From Prorocentrum cordatum (taxonomy: Eukaryota), in the NCBI GenBank assembly GCA_963575745.1, contig CAUYUJ010000074.1:1-64000 (forward strand): a stretch of DNA of 64,000 bases. The letters run 5' to 3'. The number at the start of each line of letters is the position of its first letter. Position 1 is the first letter of the stretch. The notes beneath the pieces are model-generated. The model did not search any database. It had not been told where the DNA came from and saw only the letters and a program-made list of their open reading frames with translations. Positions 1 through 12,600 of this stretch are shown here, piece after piece. Both the position numbers and the translations under genes were made by a program.

Positions 1-945
1 AGGAGGATCATGAATCGGAAGAGGAGGAGGGGGAGGAGGAGGTGGAGGAGGAGGAGGAGGAGGGTGAGGAGGAGGAGGGAGGATGAGGAGGAGGGGAAGG
101 AGGACAACTATATTAATACTACTACTATTTCTACCAGCAAGACTGTTAACACTAGTAATAGTAGCAACATGGGTGTTAATTATAGGGGCACCAGCACGAA
201 GTAATAATACCGCACACCCTAATCATACGACGAATACTAATGCCAATGCGCATTCACAATAACAATGATAATGACACTGCTAATCATACTAACTGTGATA
301 TTGCTAATAGTGCTACGAATAACACTTATACCAGGAGTCATACTAATCGTGTGATTAATAGGAATATGAGTATACGCATAAAAGGAGGATGAGCACTATT
401 ATCCTTAATTCTAGTAGTTCTTACTACTACTGCGACTAATCATATTTTTAACGATTCTAAGATGAGTCGGATCAACTACACACTAACAACAGTAATACCA
501 ATATGTATGTTAATAATATTTTGAATACCACGGCTGTTATTATTAGTAGTAGTAGTAGTAGTAAGATCAATCATACTACTAGTAGGAGTGCCAATGCTAC
601 TACTACTGCTGCTACTACTACTACTAGTACTACTGCTGCTACTACTACTACTACTACTACTACCACTACTTCTTCTTCTTCTTCTTCTACTACTACTACT
701 ACTCATACTCCTGCTGCTGCTGCTACTACTACTACTACTACTCCTTCTGCTGCTGCTGCTGCTACTACTACTAATTATTTCATAAGATAACAATATTATT
801 ATTATCACTATTATTATTATTATCATTATCATTATTATTATTAATAATACTATTGCTACTAGTATTATCAGTACTATTATCATTTACATAGCTGTTAATG
901 CTGTTAGGAATCAAACTACCAATGCGAGAACAAAACATGTGAATC
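1..945. repeat. Low-complexity tract: (GAG)n, then AT-rich (TAC/TAG/TAT/CTG)n triplet repeats
   Basis: Runs of gaggag, actact, agtagt and attatt read directly. Confidence 0.85.
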
Positions 946-1509
946 ATGCTAATAAGAGGACTGAGGAACACGGTGAGGATGAGTAGGAGGAGGAGCAGGA
1001 CGAGGATCGGCAGGAGGAGGGTGGCGGAGGCGGAGGAGGAGGAGGTGGAGGAAGTCCGATGCGGCCCTTCACCACAGGAGGCGCAACGACAGAAAAGGTG
1101 GGGACCTCAGCGAACCTCTAGAGGGTGCAGCGGTCGGGAGAGGAGGAAGGGGAGGAGGAGGAGGAGGAGCAGGAGGAGGAGGAAGAGGAAGAGGAGGAGG
1201 AGGAGGAGAAGGAGGAGGACGAGGAGGAGGATGAAGAGGATGAAGAGGAAGAGGAAGCGGAAAAGGAGAAGGAGGAGGCGGAGGAGGAGGAGGCAGATGG
1301 AAGCCCATCTGATTTCGACCGTTTTGGCGTGCCCAGTACTCACGCGTTGCGCCCGCGTACAGTTCCCGCGGCCAGGCCTGCCGTTGGGCAGCTGCGGGCG
1401 CGCGCGACAGACGGCGCGATCGAGCGGCCAGCGAGAGAAGCGAGGGCGTGCTCGCTTGCTCTTTTGTGTGCTGCAGGCGAAACACCTCCTAGAGTCGCAT
1501 CGCAGCGCG

Positions 1510-2800
1510 ATGGGGGGATTTGCGTGGACATGTAGAACGTGCGACAGGAGGAAACCCAACTCTCAGTGGGAGTGCGAATGCGGCAATGCGTGGGCTCCAC
1601 GCTCAGACCCCACGAGGCCCTCCGCCAGCAGTAAGCGTGACCAAAAGAAGTCTTCCGACATTAGCGAGATGATCGCCAAGATTCCTGTTGCAACCCCAGC
1701 CGAGGCCATCGTCAACACCTCGGCCTGGGAACCTCCGCTTCCAGAGGCCGAGGATATCAATATGTACAAGTCCCCGGCGCAATCGAAGCTCCAGAAGCAT
1801 TCCAACCGTCGTCTTGCCGTTGGGGATGCAGGCAAGGATGGCCCTGCTCTGGGGTGTGACATCAGCATGCTGAAGTACATGATGGGCGCGGCCAAGGGCT
1901 CGGAGAAGTTGCGCGAGAGGAAGGCGAAGCTCATCAGCACCAAAGAGCGGCTGGCCAAGATCCGCTCTAAGGTAGAGGGGCTCTTCGTCGAGGAGGCCAT
2001 GCTCCGCCTGCAGGTGGAGAAGCTGCAGCACTCCACCCAGCAGCTCCGTGCAGCGGAAGGAGGACATGGCGACGACGCCGATTGGCTCACGGCTCCGCTC
2101 CTGGATGACGACCATGGAGTGTCTGCAGCCAGCGGCGCCTAGAGGCCGTGGACAGAGGAAGCCGCGGATATGGTGGCAGCGCAGGCAGCGGCCAATGCGC
2201 AGTCGGCCAAGGCAGCACTCGAGGCAATCGCCAAAAGAGCGCTGCCGCCGCCCCCGCCGGCACGGGCGCAGCACCCGCCTGAAAAGGCGGTGCCGCGCAG
2301 GAGACAGCCCCAGCAGCGGCCTGGGCGCAGCCGCAGCCGCAGCCGCAGCCGCAGCAGCAACGGCGCCAGCGGCCCCAGCTGCGGCAGCGAAGGCGCCCAG
2401 CTGGCAATCAGACCTGGAGCCATGGGTGTCGCTCCTCGCGATCACGGACAAGCCCGAGTTTATGATGGAGCACAAGAACGCCATGCAGGAACAGCTCCGC
2501 CATGCAGGAACAGCTCATGATGACGCGGAAAAGCAAGGACTTCCACGACTGCGCCCCCGCGCGGCTCAGCCGTCGGCCCGAGGCGGCCCTGCCGCGCTGA
2601 CGCAAGAGGCTGTCGATCCGTTCGCCCAGCAGCGGCAGCAGGCTCTCGCGAGCCTGGCGGTAGCATCAGCATCGGCGCTGGCAGCGCCAGGTTTTGGCGC
2701 GCCTCCCCAGGGAATGCCGCGATCCCTGGGGCCAAGGGCGGACGCGCAGGGGGGTGGGGGGCGCCGGGGGGGTCGCCCAGGACCCCTGCGGCGGCGCGTC
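1510..2800 (+). pseudogene. Putative LINE ORF1 (gag-like) with N-terminal RanBP2-like Cys4 Zn finger and coiled coil, disrupted
   Basis: From ATG 1510: MGGFAWTCRTCDRRKPNSQWECECGNAW, then a coiled-coil-like stretch (KLRERKAKLISTKERLAKIRSKVEGLFVEEAMLRLQVEKLQ). Stop at 2142, but protein-like sequence continues in other frames. Lies upstream of APE-RT remnants on the same strand. Confidence 0.55.
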
Positions 2801-3003
2801 GGGCCAGTTGACAGCCCGCGGTTGCCGGCGGCGATGGAGATGGCTCCTCCGCCCGAGCGCACCTCGACGCCCCCGCGGCCGATCCCGGGGTTCGGCGCGG
2901 GCGATGGCCGCGGCCTGCAGCGCCGCGACGCTGTGGAGGTGGCGAAGGTGCCCGGCGCGCCCGGGCGGAGGAGACGGGGGGGGTCAAGGCGGGGGCCATT
3001 CAG

Positions 3004-3198
3004 TCAGGCGATCGCAAACGTGGATTAAGGGGGCGTGGATTAGCGATGGTTCTCGTTTCTTCCAGGGGGAATCGCGAATTTCCGCCGCCGAGCGAGGCGG
3101 CGCCGGCCGCATTTTGGGGGGGGCACCTCCCTCGATCCATGGATTTGGCGACCGCGTGCCGCATCCATGGATTGCTAATCCATGTTTGCGCGCCCCAG
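3004..3198. mobile_element. MITE-like family A, copy 1
   Basis: Imperfect TIR (GCAAACGTGGATTA ... TAATCCATGTTTGC); homologous copy at 14987-15178. Confidence 0.7.
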
Positions 3199-4919
3199 AT
3201 TCAGGGGGGTGGCCATTCGCAGCTAGCGGAGGAAGCGCAGGAGGAGGCGCCGCCGATGGATCGGGCGTTCCCGACGCCTACCCTGCTTATGACGGCGGGG
3301 GGCAGATCCCAGGCCGCGCGGGGCCTTTGCGGCGCATCCAGCCGCCGATCGACGTCGTCCGCCAGAAGCAGCCTCCGACGCAGCCGCCCGCCCCGGGCAA
3401 CCCCCTCCTTCAGGGGCCGCGGCGGCCGCGGCAGCGCTGTTCCAGCAGGCGTGGGCGCGGCTTCGAGCGCGAGGGCGGCTTCCCCCAGCTCGGGCGCGGG
3501 CGCGCTGCCGGCGCCGGGGGCCCGCCCGCTCGAAGGGAGCGCTGTGGGGGAGGTCAGGTGGGGGGCTCTCCGGCCAGGGGCCCGCCCTCGCCCGGGAAGT
3601 GCAGCGCCTGGGGTGTGAGTTTGGCGGTGTGGGTCGGCGTGAGTCAGAAAGGTCTCGTGGGGGCCGCCAGTGGTTGGGTAATTGGATTCCCGAATGCCCG
3701 TGCGAGTCTTCCCGGGCAGGGAAATGCTTCCTCGGGTCAGTCTCACTTCGTCGATTCCGATGTCGACTCTTGTTTCGGATGATTTGGTTCGAGGGGCCCG
3801 GGCTAGGCGACGCCGCCGGCCCCTCGGCTCCCGTCTCAGGGTCAGTCGCCGAGGGCGCTACTGGGCCCGTGGGAGCTTGCCCAGCAGCCGGGTGGCATAG
3901 TTATCGTCTCGATGGCAAGTCTTCAAGGATATCCCCCCCCCGCCGCGCCGCCGCCGCGCCCCGATCCTTCCTGGGGGCAGCTCGAAGCAGTTGCTTCAGG
4001 GGTGGCGGCCCCGGGGGGGGGGGGGGGGGGGCGGCAGGTGCGTTGCAGTTCTCCGCCTGCGCGCTCTGCTTGATCAGAATCCTGCAAGCGATGGCAGCAA
4101 CTTTTGTGGGTGCCGGGGGGCTGGCAGAATTTGCGGGGCCGCATCTCAGAATCTCAGTTGATTCGTGCTCTAAAATTGCGGTTTTGGGGACATTGTAATT
4201 CATCCTACTGCCAAGTTTGCTTTGGGTACTTCTGTGCGCGGGGCGCGCGGGGCGCGGCCCGTCCATGCATATGCGTTATGTATGTATGTATGTATGTGTG
4301 TGTGTGTGTGTTTGTGTGTTTGTTCTGACGCCTCGTGCAGAAACGCGCTTTGGGATTCAACTTGGGCTTTCGCGACCGTCGCGATCGTGCCGGGCGAGTC
4401 GGTGTGCTTCCTTGATGGGCAAAACATGTGCACCTGGGGTTCAGCGTGCGTGCAGCTTGACATGGATGATCTCACCAGCTCTGCGATCAAATTCGTGGGG
4501 ATTCTGGGGTTCGCGGTGGGTCTTTGTTCTGTGGGCTTCGCGCGCCGCACCCCCCCCAACTCTGGTCGTTCTGCGATGCCAGTCTGCGGTCAACATCTCC
4601 TTGGGGCATGAGGCACCGTCTACTAACCGGCATTCGGCATGGCTTGTGCACCGTGTGATTCAGCGTGCGCGCAGGCGGTGTGGCGCGTCGCTTGCGCGCG
4701 CGGCCGGTCGGGTCATTCCTGGGTCGGGCTTGCAGACAGTTTCGCAGCGTCAGACCGAGCGCTTGGGTGCGAGCCCCAGCCGGTGCTGCTTGGAGCTTTC
4801 AAATGCCGCGAGGATCTCGAATGGTGGTGGCTAGAGGAGGCGCCCGCGGAAACCAGTGCCGCATGTCTCTTTGGCCGCGACTGCGCGTTTCGATGGCCAG
4901 GGCGACCTCGCGTTGCGTC

Positions 4920-7900
4920 TGATATGATGAAAGTTGCACTGGGCCCTGGGCAGTGCCCCCCGCCGCGGCGGTCGAACGCTGCCGGCCTCGCTGCGCGGCG
5001 GGCCCCCTTCGACGCCGGGACAAGTGGGGGCGCGGAGGCAATGGCGGCGAGGTGGGCCCTCACGTCTGGATACGTTATCAGGCGCAAGTTCGCGGAGGAG
5101 AGGCGTCGCGTCGTTCGGGCCGAGGAGGCGCGAGATCCAATGGGGGAGCGGTGCTCGGCTGGATAGCATGAAATGTCCTCGGTCCGAGGGGGTGGGATTT
5201 AGGGCGGAGCTTTGCGTTTCTTCGGGCGTGCCGTATGGGAGACGTGGCGATGTTGAGTTGTTCTTTTAGCAGAAACACTTTCGGCCGCCTTGCGCGACGC
5301 CTCGGCGCTCGGTGGCAAGTTTTGCGCTCCGCTTATTCGGGGGGTCTTTCCAGTGGCGCGTGCGCTGCGCAGCGGCAACGAATGCGCCCCTCAACGGCGT
5401 GGGCAGTGGTGGCGAGAGTTGATTTTCTCAAGCAGCATGTGGAACGTTCAGATGGCGCTGCTGGACGCCGACGCTCGAGCGGGCAGTGTGCTCTCGGATG
5501 CTGTGTGTGTGTGTGTGGGGGTGGGCGGGGGGGGGGTCAGGCAGGGGGGGCGAGCTGGGCGCGCTGTGTCACGACTCGCTGTCGGAGATGGGCGTGGCCG
5601 CTGTTGGCGCCCTCGTCTCGCCCGCCAGGATTCATGGGCGTATCTCGCGCGCGAGTCAGAAGTTCGCCGTGTATTTCAGTGCGTCGCTGTTGAGCAAGCA
5701 ATGGCCCCCGCCGCAGGACAGGTGCAGGACAGGTATGCCGTATTTGTTCGCGTTGAGTTCTGGGGCAAAGCCGAGGCCGGGGTCGCCGAGGCGGGGTTGA
5801 TGCGACGGGAATTCGTGACCTTGTCAAGGCGGCCATGCATCGAGGACATCTGGCGGCTTCCCACATGGCGGGCGCCGCGCTCGGTGGACGTGCGCCAGCG
5901 CTTGCGTGGTAGTATCCAGTGTGTGCGAAGGAGCACCGTTGTTTTCCTAGGTCCCATCGCGCCCCGATTAAGCGCCGCGTTTTTGTGGAGCTCCTGGGCC
6001 TTCTTGTTTTCAGGGGGCAAGTCCGACAAGCGTTGCGTTTCTGGCGCGCGCCGGATTCGCATGGTCTCAGGGGTTTGGTGGCCGCCTCGCATGAGGCGGG
6101 CCCCCTCCAGGGCGTCGCAGACCTGGAGTTGGATTGTTTTGCGTCGGATCATTTCCTGGCCTCTGAGTCCCGCGGTGCACAGAGGATCGCGACAGCGACC
6201 CTGGCTGTGCGTGCTGTTTAAATCTTGCCAGGTTGCAGTCGGCCCTCAGACATGCCTCGAAGGTGTCCAGGAATGAGCTGCTGGGCGACCTGGCCTGGCA
6301 GACTGTCGGCGCTAGATGCTCGCGCGAGGGCCGCGTATAATGGGGGCCCTCTATCAAGTGCAGAGGTCGGGGGGTGAGAGGTCCAAATTCCAGGTGGAGG
6401 GTTTGCGAATGCGCCGTGGCGCCTTGGGCGAGGTTCTGGCCACCTCCGGTGACGTTGCTGAAGCCTTGGCCGATTCCTTCCCGGCGATCGAGAATAGCCA
6501 GGCCTTGAGTGGGGATGACTTGGGTGATAGATGCGAACCCTGCATGAGCAGGAAAGCGCCCATCCCATGATGTCGGACATGATCGCCCCCTGCAGGAGGC
6601 TGCAGCGCGACGTCATGACAGTTGCCCAGAGAATAGGAGCGAGCCCTGATCGTCTTGCCGGCGACTTGCTCCACATTGCGCCGTGCGGGTGCGCGTTGAT
6701 ACCTCGCTTGCTCTTCGTCGAGATTGACCTGGCCTCCAGGGGGCCTCTGCTCTAAGCGGGAGGATGGCCGTGCGACTTGCGCAAGTCAGGTTCTCCAGGG
6801 CCCTTGGGGCTTCACATGGGGCTTTATATTTGCCTGCCGCGTTGTGAAACTGCGAGGAAGTTGCTCGAGAGATCCGCGCCCGTGCTCTCGGAGATCCAGC
6901 AGGGGCCCCCCCGAGGGAAGCGCCGACGTTGCATCTTTGCACTTGCGCTCTGCTATGGTGGTGGCGCGGGCAAAGAAACGCGCGTTCCTGTCTCTGTTCG
7001 TGGGCCATAAGACCGCTGTGTTATCCGGTTATCAAGGGCTTCGTGTCGAATGGCCCAGAGTAGCGCAGACTTCCAGAATGCCCCAGGGCATCCCGAGGCG
7101 CCGGTGTGCCTCGAGCCCTTATGCCGCTCTCTCTTTGCCGAGCCGGGCGCCCTGGGCGAGCTGGAAAAAAAACGGCGCCTCCTGGTGGTCTTCGTGGACG
7201 TGGTGGAATGCAACTGGTTCCAGGTCCGTTGCAGTGATGGGGTATGATAGGGTAGTCTCGCCCAGGATGGGGGCGCGCCCTGGCGTGCCCTCGGCAGATC
7301 CGCTGTTCATCATCGCCTTCGACCCTGTCATCTGTGCTATCATTTCACGATTGGGTATCTCGGGGCATCTTCGGAAGACTATGGGGGTCCCTCCGTCTCA
7401 GAGAGAATTCCGAGAGCGGTGTCGCCAGCGCGAGATGCAGGATGTTCAGGGCCCTGCTTTCACAGGCGATCTTGTCAGCGGAATTGAGCCAGAGGATGGG
7501 AAGGGGGCCGCCGTTGTCGTGGTTCAGGTTACCCATGGGGCAAATCAATCACAAGGCTTTCTGATGCTCTGGATACCTGGCAAGACTGAGCTCATGGATT
7601 TCTTCAGCGGCAATGGTCCGAGGGGGGCTCGAGGGGAATGTGCGGTGTTGACTGCCACGCGGCTTCTTGTGCCCTCCTTAGGTATCCTTTTGTGTTTCAC
7701 TAGGACAAGCCATCACTTGGGATGCTATCGGGGCCATCGACTCTCCATGGGGCCCGAGCTTGCACGTCGTTGCCATCGGTGGCGGCATCCCTTGGGAGTC
7801 CTGCAGCGGGCGTTTTTTTGTTTTTTTTTTTTGTTTGTTTTTTGTTTTGTTGTTGTTTTTTTGTTTGTATTGGCAGTTCTTCAATGTCAGGCAGCAGGCC

Positions 7901-8942
7901 ACTTGCGCGCAATTGCTGGATGCCCTGTCGGTCTGCAGTTCGGCTCAGGTATGACTCTGCGAAGGGCGAAGCTGCTGTGAACCATGGTGTGTTCGCCGCG
8001 TGCAACTTGCGGCCAGTTGACTTTTGTTGGGGCTCCGGAGATTGCGCTTCTTGCCGGGGCTCTCGAAATCGGCGCCCGAGTGCCTGTTGGATTTGGTTCG
8101 ACAGCTTCGCCCCCGCCCACTCTCGTGGACAGCCGTGCGTTTCGAGGATCTGGATAGGCTGGGATTGCGTAGGAAGTTGTGGAAGAGATTGTGCAGAAAA
8201 GGAAGATGACTTTGCCATATCGAATTTCTTAGACGACAAGCGTCGCGATGGATTCAGGGACGGGCCGCGACGGCCCCGCGCCTCCGACGGCCCTGCTCCT
8301 CCTGGGTTGCTTCGGCCGCCGGCGGCGGTGGTTTTGCAGCCTTGCACTGAGTGCGGGGCGGTGCGTGCAACGGAGGGGGCATGGGCCTCCCATCGCTCTG
8401 TAGGCCGCCCCCATTTCGGCCCCGCCCCCATGTGTGTATCTGGTGCTATGTGTTCAGCTTGCGGCATGAGCTTTCGCGCGCGTTTAAGATTGCCCAAGTA
8501 TGTGCGGCACGGCTCATTGGAATGCCTGGCCGACAAAATGGCAGTCATCTCCCCCGTCGGTGCCGGGCGCGTCGTTGATCGGAAATTGGAGGGCGCAGGG
8601 CCTGCGCGTTCCTTGCGTAGCATAGGCCTCCATGCAGCGTCAGCTCATCGCCTGCCCGTCCTCGCCGAGGGGCCCCGACTGAGAGGTGCTGCTACCTCCG
8701 CGGGGCTCCCGACAGCGGTGGGCAATGTGTCGCGTCAGGCCGCGAGTGTTTTGGTTGAGGTGCCCGCTATTGCCGTTGCCCTTCTCCCCCAGCTCATTGG
8801 CGCTAAGTTTGCGATCGCTCTTCGCGCCGCTCCCAGGGTTGTCGGCGACGTCCGGGCCTGCTGGGAGAATGCGAGTGTCACGGTGGGGAGAGGCTTTACG
8901 GTTCTGACTCCAGTCCTTCGCGCTCGGGAGCTTCCAGGATGA
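4920..8942 (+). pseudogene. Degraded LINE ORF2 (APE endonuclease, RT, C-terminal Zn fingers)
   Basis: APE-like VVRAEEAR (LQE motif) and LLDADARAGSV (GDxNAR motif). RT-like GASPDRLAGDLL..AP, GG..L.KSG, LFVGHKTA, GARPGVPSADPLFIIAFDP, AFTGDL (decayed YADD), PGKTE, HLG. C-terminal CTECG..H and CSACG..F. Many stops and frameshifts. Confidence 0.8.
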
Positions 8943-9641
8943 TTCCGAGGGCTTTAAGAGAGATGTTCAACTTATTGAGAAATTCATCTTGGTCGGTAGG
9001 GTGGTGGGGCTCCTTGCCGACCCCCCGCAAACCTCGCGGCCCCTCCCCCCCTCACTGCATAGCCACGGGGGCGGGGAGCAGGCCTCTGAGGAGCTGCGAT
9101 GGGCCTTGGGGTACTTGTGCTAGGCTGCCCTTCGAGTGGAAGCGCTTGGAGCCTGAGAGCGCGTCTCCGTGCGGCGTTGAAGCTTGCGTGGTGCTCGGCT
9201 TCCTTGGAAGTGGCGACCCTAGTTGCTTTTGGATCCCAGGCCCAGCATTTTCATCAGCCCTGCGTTTGGAGAGTCCCCGAGGTCAGGTTTATGCGGTCTT
9301 TGTTGGCTATGTCCCCGACGTGCGTTGTCTTGAACGCTGAACCTGCAATTACCACCTCCAGACAGCATCCAGGCTGATTTACCTTGCTGCTGTGATCGCT
9401 TCAACTGTCTCTTCGCGCTGTGCCCCCAATCTTTTGGGGGTTCATGGCTCGAGACTGACGCTGCCCATCGATGTTCCCCTTTCGACGTGTACTGCGAGTT
9501 GGGCTGATGTTTGCCATCGCTGCTCCCTTTCTCCTGTCTCTGCCTTGCCGCCCCTCTTACCGCTGACGTTGCGTGCGTGGACACTTCGGACCTTCGTCTT
9601 CAGGGCTGGGAAGAAAATGATGCAGACTGACGGAGGAGGAC

Positions 9642-12600
9642 TTAGGCGGAGGAGAAAGAGACCCTGACTTCGGTCCCATGTGCACGGAGGAGGCCCCGCA
9701 GCCGGCGCCGAGCACCGCAGGGCTGGTGGTCCCGCCAGGTTTCTACTTTTACGCCGCCGCGGACACGCGCGAGGGTGGCCCCTGCCCGGAGGTCGGGGAT
9801 GGGCAGAAACCATGCGTGGCAGCATGCTCGGCGCGCCTTTGCGCTCCCCCTTGCATCCCAGGTCTCCCCGCCTCCTTCCTGCCTCCCTCCCTGCTTCCCT
9901 CCCTCCTCCCTGCCTTTCCTCTTGCCTCCCTCCATCTTCCCCCTCTCCCTCCCTTCCTCGCTCCTCCCCTCCCTCCTCCTCCGGCCCTTCCCTCCCTCCC
10001 CCTCTCCTCTCTTGCCTCTCCTCCCCCCTCCCCTCCTCCCTCCTCCCCCCTCCCCTCCTCCCTCCCCTCCTGCCTCCTCCCTCCCTCCCTCTTCCGGAGC
10101 TTCTCTCCCTCCTTCCCTCCCCTCCTCCCTCCCTGTTCTCTCCGTGGCAGAGGAGGTGCCGCGGCGCCTCGGCCTGCGGCTGCTCGCGCCGTGCCCGGGA
10201 GCAGCCGGGTTTCTTTGTTGGACCGAGTCCACGCTTCTTGAGCTTTTTTGCCCTTCCAAGAGGCTCCCAAGACGGCCCCGAAGATGCCCCAATGACGGCA
10301 TCCTCCTCCTCCTGCTCCTCCTGCTCCTATCTGCCCATCATCCTCCTCTCCTCCTCCTCCTCCTCCTCCTCCTCCTCTTTCTCCTCCTCCTCCTCCTCCT
10401 CCTCCTCCTCCTCAAGATGGCCTTCATGATGACCCTGAAGCGCCCCAAGATGGCCCCAAAACGGCCCAACCCGCTGGGCACATGGAACTTCCCGAAAACC
10501 CAGCTCCACTGGCCCGATCGCCTTCAAGACGGCCAAGATGGCCAAGAGGTTCGCAAGCTTGCCCCAGCATCGCCCGCCAAACCACACCAGCGCAACCCGC
10601 AGGCCTCCACTTGCCCTCCATTTCCAGTGTGGGGGGAGGGGGATCGGGGAACATGGGAAAAACACACGGAAGCCGCCCCCCCCCCAACTCGAAATCCGGG
10701 TCGCATTCGGGTCTTCGGGCTGGGTTGGGGTGGTCTGCTAGGCAGTCATTCTTTGGGGCCGAAGTTTGGAGCAAAGCCGGTGCTGCGGCCGCGGGATTCC
10801 AGGCCTGGATTAGTAGGTCGACCCTGCCGAATCAAGATTAATTACCCTCCTGTCCTGTGCCTCGCGACCGTGCCTCCTGCATTCCTATGGCAATGTGGCC
10901 GTCGGAAGGGTCTTTTGGTCCTCTCGCGTGTCCTGTCCAACCAAGTCCGACTGTATTCTCATGACTTGAGGGGGTCTGGACCTGGCCCATGGACGGGAGA
11001 GAAGCAGAAACGCCGATCCCTGAGATCCGACGTTGCAACAAAATGGCAACATCGCAAAACATCACGCGCAGAGCCCCGGACCCCGTCTTTCTGCGTCATT
11101 TTCCGAGCCGGGTCGATCTGTGAGGGTCCCAGGGCCCGAACTCGAGCGAACACGCCCGCTGTGAAGAAAGTGCAACGCCAGGATCTCAGGGACCCTGACC
11201 TTCCAGGAGGGCAAAAAAATAGCACCCGATTTTAAAGCCTACCCAAAAGCTATTCTACGTCTTGGTTTTAGGCTGTTTCGCTCCGTTTTGTAGGTTTTTA
11301 GGCCTCCAGTGCTAAAACATAGCTCTCTGGAAGGTCAGGGGATCCTCGCCCCCCAGGCGCGGGTGCCCTGGGAGTTCCTGCCCGCGCCCCTCGACGCCCC
11401 CCCGCCGCGGCCCGGCCGCGCGGCGGCCGGCGGCCCGGCCCGGCTCGACCGGGGCAGGGCCGGCGCGGCCGCGCCCGGAGGCCGCCCAGGGGTCCACCCA
11501 GACCCCCTCACGCCGTGGACTCTGAGATCCGATGCTCCAGCAAAAAGTGGAGCGGGCGGTTTTTGCTAGTTTTCGGCCTCCAGGGAGCCTCGCCGGGCCT
11601 CGGGAGCGTCAAGAAAGGACTCAGGACGAAGCACCGGGTCCCGGGGAAGTGGTCCGGGCCTCCGGGGCCCACGCATCGAAAAAATTGGAGCAGCCGGATG
11701 TCTGGGGACAAAAAAACACGACGGGATGTTTGCCGCCATTTTCGGCCTTTGGGGCCACCTGCCGGGCCTCGGGGCCGTCAAGAGATGGCTCGGGGTGAAG
11801 AGCCGGCCCCGGGGAAGGGGTCCAGACCTCTGGGGGGGTTTGACGTTTCGGGGGCGGAAAAGAGGGGGGTGATGACTAGGGGTGTGTGGATATCATGGCG
11901 TGGGCCATGATATTTCCCCAGATTTCATGGCGCCTCTTCTTGTTTCATTACGTCCCTGGCCACCCCGCTGGGCCGCGCACATGCCGCCGGCCATGATTTG
12001 CCTCGAAGCTCGAAGCTCGAAGCTCGCCGCCGATTGACCTACAGTCAACTCACACAGTAAGGATGGGCGGCCTTCCCAAGCGTAACCTTGCATCCTTGCC
12101 TCCTGGGTCCATCCTCGGCTGGGATGAGATCGAGCTGGACTTCTGATCGGGCTTCGCTCTTGCTGTTCTCCCAGTGCACCGGCGCTCCGGCGCCGCACCC
12201 GCAGCACCCCCAGACGGTGCCCCCGTGCGGGCGCGTTCGTGTGCGTGTGCTTCCCGTGGCCTCCTCCCGGCCTCGTTCTGAGGCTGCGCCCCCCTTTCCC
12301 TCCCCCATCTCTGATGAATTCAAGCCTCGCGCGGCCCACTTGGCTTCGACTGGAAGAGGTGCGCTCTCGACCCGCGGATCCAAAGTGTTCGTGTGCTCCC
12401 CCCCTCCCTTTCCCCTCCCCCCCCCTCCCCCTCCCCCCCCCTCCCCCTCCCCCCTCCCCCTCCCTCCCCTCCCTCTCCCCCTCCCCCCCCCCCCTCCTCC
12501 TTCTCCTCCTCCTCCTCCTCCCCCTCCTCCTTCCCCCTCCTCCTCCTCTCCTCCTCCTCCTCTCCTCCTCCTTCCCCCTCTCCTCCCTCCTCTCATCCCT

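Larger units (their letters stand above)
1510..9000 (+). mobile_element. Old non-LTR retrotransposon (LINE) with internal insertions
   Basis: ORF1-like then ORF2-like remnants in order. Linking them across the 3.0-4.3 kb repeat insertions is inferred, and the ends are not defined. Confidence 0.6.

Noticed and set aside
946..1509. N-terminal extension of the 398-aa ORF
   Set aside because: Mostly a GAG tract read as poly-Arg. The plausible start is ATG 1510.
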